32,000 nt of DNA, taken from NCBI RefSeq assembly GCF_000012905.2, contig NC_007489.1, positions 1 through 32,000 on the forward strand, written 5' to 3'. The notes beneath the pieces were generated by a model, which worked only from the letters and a program-made list of their open reading frames with translations, was not told the DNA's origin and made no database searches. Positions 26,071 through 32,000 of the stretch are shown here, piece after piece. A program made the position numbers and the translations under genes. Source of the DNA: Cereibacter sphaeroides 2.4.1. Lineage in GTDB: Bacteria; Pseudomonadota; Alphaproteobacteria; Rhodobacterales; Rhodobacteraceae. Numbering within the stretch: the stretch's first letter is position 1; the number at the start of each line of letters is the position of its first letter.

Positions 26071-26421
26071 ATGCAACGGATTGCAATGCTGGGTGCGTTC
26101 CTTCTGATTGCCGATGCGGCCTTTGCTGGCTGCGTCGGCTCGGAGACGTTCCAGTCCTGTTGGGACGATGCCGGCAACAGCTACACGGTCAGCCGCTATG
26201 GGAACACGACCCATCTCGAGGGTTCCAACACCCGCACGGGCTCACGCTGGAGCCAGGAGAGCCAGACCCTTGGGAATACCACTTACCATCGAGGGCGTTC
26301 TGCCGATGGCGGAAACTGGAACATGACGCAGCAGTCGATCGGCGAATCGACCTTCTACAGCGGCCGCGACAGCGACGGGAAGGCGTTCAGCGGAGTTTGC
26401 GGCCCCTTCGGCTGCGACTGA
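26071..26421 (+). CDS. Small lipoprotein with Gly/Asn/Thr repeats framed by Cys pairs
   Basis: Signal peptide with lipobox (ADAAFAGC). Repeats of the type GNSYTVSRYGNTTHLEG, GNTTYHRG, GGNWNMTQQ. Ends GVCGPFGCD. GGAGA lies 7 nt before the ATG at 26071; the track ORF starts at 26065. Confidence 0.6.
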   Translation: MQRIAMLGAFLLIADAAFAGCVGSETFQSCWDDAGNSYTVSRYGNTTHLEGSNTRTGSRWSQESQTLGNTTYHRGRSADGGNWNMTQQSIGESTFYSGRDSDGKAFSGVCGPFGCD

Positions 26422-26519
26422 TCCTGGAGCGCAGGGCGCGTTCGGGCGATGCCAACTTTGGCCAGGACATCCCAGCACTCGAGCCGTGGCAAACGCCCCA
26501 TTTGCCGGCTGCAGCGCTC

Positions 26520-27608
26520 CTAGCGGATACGGAAACGCCAGGAGAGATCGAGGCCGACCTGCTGGTTGTCGAAAAGGTCGACACTCGATCGGGTGCGCAC
26601 ATATTGCACCGAAACATCGAGCACCGGCGTGATCTGACGGAAGAGGGCCACGCCGGTGCTCACATCGCTCTGGGCGATGCCGAACACCTGTCCGCCGCTG
26701 GCTCGGGACTGCCAGAGAGCGAGCCCGGTCACCGCGCCTGCCATGCGCCAGCGCAGGTCGGCAAAGACATCGAGCCGCTCGACGGTGCGGCCCTCCACGG
26801 CCTGTCCGACGCCTATGCCGAAGCGGGTGGCGAGGCCGGACCAGACCGAATGCCACTCAAGCCCCGCCCGTGGCTGACGGTACTCCGGCTGTCGGCGCTC
26901 GGTCAGGTCGAGGCGGATCTCATGATAGCTGTTCGGAGCGGTAAAGAGCCGGGCGAACTGGAGGGTGGCCTCGCGCTGCTCGTACTGACTGAGGCTGCGA
27001 TCGCTCTCGCGCTGGGTGAGGCAGAGGTCGAGAAAGCTCCAGCCCAGCAGGTGGTTGCGGCCGCATAGCTGAAGCCGCCGGTCGCGCCGCTCGTCACCGC
27101 TTTGCCGGGCGCGCGAGATGGTGCCATCCGCCTCGATCTGGAGAAACCGCCCGGATCCCCAGGCGAGACGTGCCTCGCTCTCGAAGAGGAGCCCGGCCGT
27201 GGCGCCGGATCTGGCAACATAGGCGGGATCGATCTCGAGCCAGCCCCCACCGAGCGCGATGCGCGAGCGGGCCAGCCCGCCGTTGAGGTTCGGCGACCAG
27301 CCCAGCGTCGGACTGAGCGATGCCTCCGTCCTCACCCAGCCGATCCCGCTCTCATGGTAGAACCCCTGGGCGATCATGTCTGCCTTCAGCGACAGGGTGC
27401 GGGCTATCGGGCTGGCCCCGTCGGCCAGCGCCCGGCCATGGGCCAGGATCCTCAGACGCTCGGAAACGACGAGATCACCGCTGCGCCCGAGGTCGTAGCT
27501 CTGGCTGCACGCGCCGCTCGGCGGAAGCGTCGCCGCCACCGCCAGTGCCAGCAGTCCCCGCCCGCGCAGCCGGAGCGGCCTGGCCGGTCCCCTTGTCCGG
27601 GTCATCAT
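26520..27608 (-). CDS. Outer-membrane beta-barrel protein, candidate Slam (DUF560-like surface lipoprotein assembly modifier)
   Basis: 362 aa. Arg-rich N-terminus plus signal peptide (LLALAVAATLPPSGAC). Beta-strand-rich, ends ...VDLFDNQQVGLDLSWRFRIR. Its start overlaps the stop of the upstream TbpB-like lipoprotein gene (ATGA). The family call rests mainly on this context. Confidence 0.5.
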   Translation of the reverse strand: MMTRTRGPARPLRLRGRGLLALAVAATLPPSGACSQSYDLGRSGDLVVSERLRILAHGRALADGASPIARTLSLKADMIAQGFYHESGIGWVRTEASLSPTLGWSPNLNGGLARSRIALGGGWLEIDPAYVARSGATAGLLFESEARLAWGSGRFLQIEADGTISRARQSGDERRDRRLQLCGRNHLLGWSFLDLCLTQRESDRSLSQYEQREATLQFARLFTAPNSYHEIRLDLTERRQPEYRQPRAGLEWHSVWSGLATRFGIGVGQAVEGRTVERLDVFADLRWRMAGAVTGLALWQSRASGGQVFGIAQSDVSTGVALFRQITPVLDVSVQYVRTRSSVDLFDNQQVGLDLSWRFRIR

Positions 27609-28492
27609 CGGTAGTTGAGCTGGCTGCCCCAGAAGATCCCATCCGAGTTCAGCCGCGCGCCATCGGCAGTGAAGACGCCCGAGGTCGTCATCTGCTCCTC
27701 CTGCCGGGTGAGGCTGGCCTCGTTGCCGCTGATGCTGCCGCGCAGATGGCCCTGGGCGGTCAGGATCTCGCCCCCCACCCGGGCGGTCTGGGTGATCGCG
27801 CCGCCGAAGGTGCCGGTAAGGATGTCGAAGGTCAGGTTCTCGGCCAGAATCTCGGTCTCGATGCGGGACGTCTCGTTGAGGCCGGTGCGCAGATGGATGG
27901 CTGCGGTGCCGGTATCGAAGTCGATGGTCAGGGCTTCGAGATCGCCCACGCCGGTCTGGACCTCGCCCCCATCGACTCTGGCATAGACCCGGAAGTCGCC
28001 GTTGCCGCGGAAGTAGTACTTGCCGCTCCCGATCGGGTTGCCGGCGCCATCGACGTTGTCGAAGGGGGCCTGGTCCGCGGTGAGCCGCAACACCTTCACG
28101 ACCTGCTCGTGGCCCTCGGCGTCCTTGTCGATCTGAGCGATGACCTCGACGAAGACCGAATTGGCGTAGGCGTTCTCCGCCTGCTCGATGAGGTTGCGAT
28201 AACCGGCCGGCGTGGCCGGGTTGGAATCGGCGAACTGGCCGAGCGCATCGTAATCCGCCCGGGTCGCGGCATTGTCGATGCGGACGCGGCTATAGCCGTT
28301 GTGGTCGGTCACGTAATGCTCGATCCCTTCGGTCACCACCTCGCGGCCGGTGAACTTCGGCTCGACGTTCTTTTCGCCGCTCCCACCCCCGCCGCAGGCG
28401 GTCAGGCCGCAGCAGATCAGGGTCCAGGCCAGCGACCGCAGCCGCTTTGACCACGGGCGGACCGCCGCACCCGGCGCACTCGTCAACATCAT
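27605..28492 (-). CDS. TbpB/fHbp-class surface lipoprotein candidate (C-terminal 8-stranded-barrel-type domain)
   Basis: 295 aa from MMLTSAPG (AAGGAG 7 nt upstream). Lipobox plus Gly linker LICCGLTACGGGGSGEK. C-terminal pattern GKYYFRGNGDF...LTIDFDTGTAAIHL...LTFDILTGTFGGAI...GHLRGSISGNEA...TTSGVFTADG...GIFWGSQ, typical of transferrin-binding-protein-like barrels. The track ORF extends to 28645. Confidence 0.65.
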   Translation of the reverse strand: MMLTSAPGAAVRPWSKRLRSLAWTLICCGLTACGGGGSGEKNVEPKFTGREVVTEGIEHYVTDHNGYSRVRIDNAATRADYDALGQFADSNPATPAGYRNLIEQAENAYANSVFVEVIAQIDKDAEGHEQVVKVLRLTADQAPFDNVDGAGNPIGSGKYYFRGNGDFRVYARVDGGEVQTGVGDLEALTIDFDTGTAAIHLRTGLNETSRIETEILAENLTFDILTGTFGGAITQTARVGGEILTAQGHLRGSISGNEASLTRQEEQMTTSGVFTADGARLNSDGIFWGSQLNYR

Positions 28493-28623
28493 GAACAACT
28501 CCTTCCCGCTCCTGAAGGCCTCGACGGGGCCAGTTTTAGCATGCTCGTCCGAAGGGAGGATGAGCATGGCCGAATTGGTAATTGGCTGACGCAATCGCGG
28601 CAATGTGCGCCCCTGTCTCAAGG

Positions 28624-28737
28624 CTTGAGCGCAGTGCCACGGCATCCGGACGATCGAGCTACGAGGTGACCGTCGAGGTCGTTCAAGGCGCGCTCGTCGT
28701 CACATGGGAGAACGGACGCACGCTTCAGCGGTACTGA
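28624..28737 (+). pseudogene. Orphan 3' fragment of a caspase-family paralog (coding part of repeat R2)
   Basis: In frame it reads LERSATASGRSSYEVTVEVVQGALVVTWENGRTLQRY-stop. The tail of the intact gene reads PERNATASGRSSYEVTVEDLQGTLVVTRENGQTIQRN-stop. No upstream caspase sequence is present. Confidence 0.75.
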
Positions 28738-28843
28738 CGGCCGCACGGGCTCGGGCCGCTTTCCGGTTTGACCGGTTTGGATCCTGCCTCTTCGCAAGGG
28801 AACGACAACAGAAGAGGGAGGAAGAAGGAGGAAGCGGAACCGG
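28624..28843. repeat. Direct repeat R2
   Basis: Copy of 25544-25773. Same stem-loop (28787-28817) and purine tract (28811-28834). One ~11-nt deletion after the stop codon relative to R1. Confidence 0.85.
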
Positions 28844-29054
28844 ACAAACCGGCAAAGCGCCCGACAGGACCGCCCCGCACCCCATCGCGGGCCGCAGACG
28901 GCGTCTGACCCGGCAGAGCCTGTTCGGCATGCCCGACAGGATGGCTGAGAACCGGCGGTCCGACATCCGGTGCTGGCAGTCTCTAACCTCCTGTTGTAGC
29001 TCCGAGAGCCGCCCGCGCACCAGGCTTTCGCGCCGCGGGCACCCGGTCCTGCCC

Positions 29055-29480
29055 TCAGGAGGAGCCTTCCCTGTTGAGAAGCTCCGCGATGCGCAGCGCC
29101 GTCTCGATCCGCACGTCCACATCGACGCGCAGATGCATCATCCGGGGATCACCGGAGGAGGGCGGGGACAGGGTGTAGGGCGGCGTGGAGGGGATCGGTT
29201 GCTCCCCGAGGGCCTCCAGGGACCGCTCGGACTCCCGTCGGAGCGCCGCGATCCCCGCCTCCAGCGGGTCTATCTCCCATGTCTCAACGCCGAACAGTTC
29301 GGCCAGAGCCAGCACTTTTTTGCGCGGTGGGCGCGTGAGGCCGCGACAGTACCGGTTGTAGGTGTCCCGGCTCATGCCCGCCCGGCGCGCCAGTTCCGCC
29401 TGGGACAGGCCGCTCCGCTCCGTCAGTTGCTGCAGGCGCCGCGACCAGACAGGCAGCGCCGCCCCCTCCTCGTCCATCAT
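29055..29480 (-). CDS. XRE-family (Cro/CI-type) HTH transcriptional regulator
   Basis: HTH segment LTERSGLSQAELARRAGMSRDTYNRYCRG. Start taken at MMDEEGAALPVW (29480) with AGAGGA 9 nt upstream. The track ORF extends to 29561. Confidence 0.7.
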   Translation of the reverse strand: MMDEEGAALPVWSRRLQQLTERSGLSQAELARRAGMSRDTYNRYCRGLTRPPRKKVLALAELFGVETWEIDPLEAGIAALRRESERSLEALGEQPIPSTPPYTLSPPSSGDPRMMHLRVDVDVRIETALRIAELLNREGSS

Positions 29481-29743
29481 CCTCTTTCGTCCTCTGCCAG
29501 CCCGCCGCCAGGCATGTCTCCAGTATGTCGTGAAACATGCCGCGTCAATCCGCGGCTTCATCGGACATATATGATTGATCCGCCAGTACCACGACCTGCG
29601 CCCCGTCGCCCGCCGAGAGCCGCTGAAACCATCGATTTTCGATCAAACCACTGATTTCACGTCGGAGTTTTCCACAGGAACACTCTCTCGACAGGGAAGC
29701 GGCGATTGACCGGCGCCCGGACGGCCACTTAAAATGCTCATAA

Positions 29744-30193
29744 ATGTCCGTTAACCGAGGAAGTGCCTTGCGGATCAAGATCGAACAGTCCAACGCAGCA
29801 GCCATCGAGAAGGCCATTTCGGCCGTGGCCGGCAAGAAGACCCGCTGCATCCATCAGGTCAGTGACGTGATCTGGGCCGCCCAGACGGCCGAGCGGAAGC
29901 TCGAGGAATTCGGCCTCCAGAAGACCTGCCGCGCAGGCGCCACAGCCCGGGCAAACCTCGCCGGACCGGGCAAGTCCTACGGCTACAGCCTCGAGGGCAC
30001 GAGCATCGCCCTCCAGCGTCTCGCGGCCGGCTGGTATCTCACCGACGTCACCCTGCAGCGGATCTACCCGGGCGGCCCGGAACGGATGGATATCCTCATC
30101 GACCCCTCGCAGATCGAAGCTGCCCTTCAGGCGAAGCTGCGCAACCTCCGGATCAGCGCGAGGACGCCCGCTCCGACCCAGGCCGCGGCCTGA
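29744..30193 (+). CDS. Hypothetical protein
   Basis: 149 aa. Divergent from the XRE gene. Third-position G/C bias is consistent with coding. No motif recognised. A TTG at 29768 preceded by GAGGAAG is an alternative start. Confidence 0.5.
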   Translation: MSVNRGSALRIKIEQSNAAAIEKAISAVAGKKTRCIHQVSDVIWAAQTAERKLEEFGLQKTCRAGATARANLAGPGKSYGYSLEGTSIALQRLAAGWYLTDVTLQRIYPGGPERMDILIDPSQIEAALQAKLRNLRISARTPAPTQAAA

Positions 30194-30330
30194 CAGAAGA
30201 GCTCGCGAGCCGCCGAAAACGCCCTTCCCCGAGCGCAGGCGGCTCGCGACGCAAACCAGCACGGCCATCGTGCCTGCGATCAACCCCCTGTTGCGCCCCC
30301 CGCGGCACAATCTCTCTTCAAGGAACAGAC

Positions 30331-31239
30331 ATGTCCACCCATTACGGTTCTTCCGGGCGGAGGCGGCCGAACGCCACTCCCGCGACCTTGCCTGCGCACC
30401 CTGCCATGCATCTGGAGGCCCGGCTGCAGGACCTCGACCGCCTTTGGCAGCGGCCGGACCGGGCGCTCCCTCCCGCAACGGCGCACCACTCCTCCACGGC
30501 CGCCCTGTCCGCAGCCCCCCTGTCGCATCTGCTGGCGTGCAATGACCTGGGTGCCGCCCTCTGCCAGCATTCCGACAAGCTGAGCCATGCCGATCTGCGT
30601 CTCGTGAGCGAAGATGCGGGCTCCCCGCCGCCCGGATCGGTGCAGCTGGACAAGGTTCCGCGCCGGGCCCCCCGGACGCTCTTCCATCTGCACGAATACG
30701 GGTTTCCGACAGATCTCTGGTCCTACCGCGAAGGGAACAACATTCGCTTCTTCGTGGCCGCCTACCGCAGCTTCCTGAACATCACGCTGCTGTTCTACTG
30801 GACCTGCCATCGGCTCGAGGACGGCAAGCTCGCCTGGTATCGTACGCCCCCGGCCCGGGAGAGGCTCTACGCCCTCGACCGGCTTCTCGCGGCCCCCGGC
30901 CAGCCGGTCGTCTTCTGCCTCGACGAAACGAGCCTTGCGGCGGCGGAACGCGCCTTCCCGGACCGCATCGCCACGACCGGAAGTCTCCGGAGCGACGGGG
31001 CCGGAAAACATTTCACGCCTCTTGCAGGCCGTGACGTGGTCATCATGGCCGGCCGGAAGCGACCCTGCCGGGCGGAGGTTCGAGAGATCCGGGAGGCCCT
31101 CATGACTGTCGGCTGCAGGGTCGCCGAAGACGTCCTGCCCGCCCGCGGCCCCCGCCGCGCAAGAAAAGCAGCCGCACAGAAGCCGTCCTCGCGAAGCGCC
31201 CTTCCCGGCGCAGGTCAACTCGCAAATTGCGACTCCTGA
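30331..31239 (+). CDS. Hypothetical protein with a degenerate Toprim-like (plasmid/phage primase-type) C-terminal region
   Basis: 302 aa with strong third-position G/C bias in this frame. The segment RLYALDRLLAAPGQPVVFCLDETSLAAAERAFPDRIATTGSLRSDGAGKHFTPLAGRDVVIMAGRKR parallels the remembered pattern PLYxLxxLLxxPxxPVxxVEGEKxAxAAxxxFPxxxxTTxxGGxxxxxxxDWxPLAGRxVVIWPDNDxxG. The acidic DxD position is replaced. Confidence 0.5.
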   Translation: MSTHYGSSGRRRPNATPATLPAHPAMHLEARLQDLDRLWQRPDRALPPATAHHSSTAALSAAPLSHLLACNDLGAALCQHSDKLSHADLRLVSEDAGSPPPGSVQLDKVPRRAPRTLFHLHEYGFPTDLWSYREGNNIRFFVAAYRSFLNITLLFYWTCHRLEDGKLAWYRTPPARERLYALDRLLAAPGQPVVFCLDETSLAAAERAFPDRIATTGSLRSDGAGKHFTPLAGRDVVIMAGRKRPCRAEVREIREALMTVGCRVAEDVLPARGPRRARKAAAQKPSSRSALPGAGQLANCDS

Positions 31240-31579
31240 GCCGGGCCATCCCCTCACCTGACGAGGCAGGAGGACAGGGGCTCGACGGCGCGCCCCGATC
31301 CCGGCGAGGAATCCGGGGGCCCGGCCGCCGAACCACCCCACAGGACGAGAGCGCGCCGGCTCTCGTCCATCCGGTGCTGGCAGGGCAGCCCCGGCCTGAC
31401 GGTTCGGCAGCCGGGGACGGCTTCGGCGGCTTCCGAGCCATGAACGCCCCGCCATGCTGCCAGTCGCGATCGCCTTGCCGAAGTCATTGCACAGGCAGAC
31501 CAGCCGGTCTCCCGGGCAGGGAAGAAGGCCCTGACGGCCGAGGTGCTGATCTTGCCCTGGCAAAGCCCGTAGTGAGCGG

Positions 31580-31598
31580 TATATACTACATGTATATA
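31580..31598. promoter_or_regulatory. Inverted repeat TATATAC-tacat-GTATATA, candidate vapBC promoter/operator
   Basis: Perfect 7-bp arms in an AT-rich island about 30 nt upstream of the vapB start. AbrB/SpoVT-type antitoxins usually autoregulate through such palindromes. Confidence 0.55.
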
Positions 31599-31627
31599 TC
31601 TTGGCGCGGTCGGATGGAGGTGCAGAG

Positions 31628-31858
31628 GTGGATCGGGGATCGGTCTTCATGAACAACCGGACACAGGCCATCCGCCTGCCAAAATCAGTTGCCTTGCCGG
31701 AAGGCACGCGGAGCGTCGACATCGTCCGGCTGGGCAGAGCCTGGCTCATCGTGCCGAGCCAGGACAGCTGGGCCCAATGGTTCGATGAGGTCTCTTCGAG
31801 TGAAGACTTCATGGAGCGCCGGAAGCAACCGGACGCCGATGAGCGCGACGATCTCTGA
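31628..31858 (+). CDS. vapB: VapB-type antitoxin (AbrB/SpoVT fold)
   Basis: 76 aa from a GTG at 31628 (GGAGG 7 nt upstream). N-terminus VDRGSVFMNNRTQAIRLPKSVALPEG...VDIVRLGRAWLIVP matches the SpoVT/AbrB antitoxin pattern. The stop overlaps the vapC start (TGATG). The track ORF starts at 31601. Confidence 0.8.
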   Translation: MDRGSVFMNNRTQAIRLPKSVALPEGTRSVDIVRLGRAWLIVPSQDSWAQWFDEVSSSEDFMERRKQPDADERDDL

Positions 31859-32000
31859 TGCTGCGCTACATGCTCGACACGAACATCCTGATCTACACGA
31901 TCAGGAACCGGCCCGGCGAGGTCAGGGCAAAGTTCGAGGCCCATCACGGGACCATGTGCATCTCGGCCGCAACCGCGATGGAACTGATATACGGTGCGCA
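31858..32000 (+). CDS. vapC: VapC-type PIN-domain toxin (partial, runs off the window)
   Basis: Not in the ORF track because there is no stop in the window. Reads MLRYMLDTNILIYTIRNRPGEVRAKFEAHHGTMCISAATAMELIYGA, with the characteristic MLDTN acidic motif. Confidence 0.8.
   Translation, partial: MLRYMLDTNILIYTIRNRPGEVRAKFEAHHGTMCISAATAMELIYGA

Noticed and set aside
26487-26505. Hairpin ggcaaa-cgcccca-tttgcc between the convergent genes 26071-26421 and 26520-27608, considered as a bidirectional terminator
   Set aside because: The stem is short and there is no U tract on either strand, so the evidence is too weak to call.
30280-31947. 555-aa minus-strand ORF, the longest in this part of the window
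   Set aside because: Arg/Gly/Pro/Ala-rich with no motifs. It is antisense to the 30331-31239 frame, which has the expected third-position G/C bias, and it runs through the vapB promoter and gene. This is a typical high-GC shadow ORF.
1-32000. tRNA, rRNA, tmRNA, CRISPR arrays, integrase genes
   Set aside because: I found no T-arm (GGTTCGAATCC-type) motif in a cloverleaf context, no regularly spaced short direct repeats, and no tyrosine or serine recombinase motifs on either strand.

Overview
High-GC (about two-thirds G+C by eye) alphaproteobacterial sequence. The HvrA/Spb-type H-NS proteins and a BlrB-like short BLUF protein suggest Rhodobacteraceae. It reads as a mosaic accessory region. From left to right it contains: (1) a decayed ISNCY-like insertion sequence whose transposase has two frameshifts; (2) a lower-GC patch with an Excalibur-domain lipoprotein and a secreted protein; (3) a manC-phosphomannomutase operon and a Wzi-like capsule outer-membrane (OM) protein; (4) two tandem H-NS paralogs, plus an ~85-nt element present twice that brackets a low-GC lipoprotein gene; (5) a PEGA-like lipoprotein; (6) a hipBA toxin-antitoxin module with two palindromic operator candidates; (7) a short BLUF photoreceptor; (8) the 3' remnant of a chemoreceptor gene abutting the most AT-rich ~500 bp of the window; (9) an orphan three-gene envelope operon encoding a secreted Thr/Gly/Ala-rich protein, a 692-aa OM beta-barrel and a small Cys-containing secreted protein; (10) a cluster of exported proteins including a trypsin-like protease and a signal-peptide-bearing caspase-fold (C14) protease; (11) a Slam-like barrel plus TbpB-like surface lipoprotein cassette, bracketed by 220-230-bp direct repeats, one of which is the 3' end of the caspase gene; (12) an XRE regulator, a hypothetical gene and a degenerate Toprim-like gene; (13) vapBC at the right edge. 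I saw no rRNA, tRNA or CRISPR array. Many long ORFs in the track are antisense or off-frame shadows typical of high-GC DNA. The best candidates for undescribed biology are the orphan OM operon (15.1-18.2 kb), the exported-protease cluster (18.4-25.7 kb) and the repeat-bracketed Slam/SLP cassette (25.5-28.8 kb). All family calls come from motif recognition by eye, not from searches.
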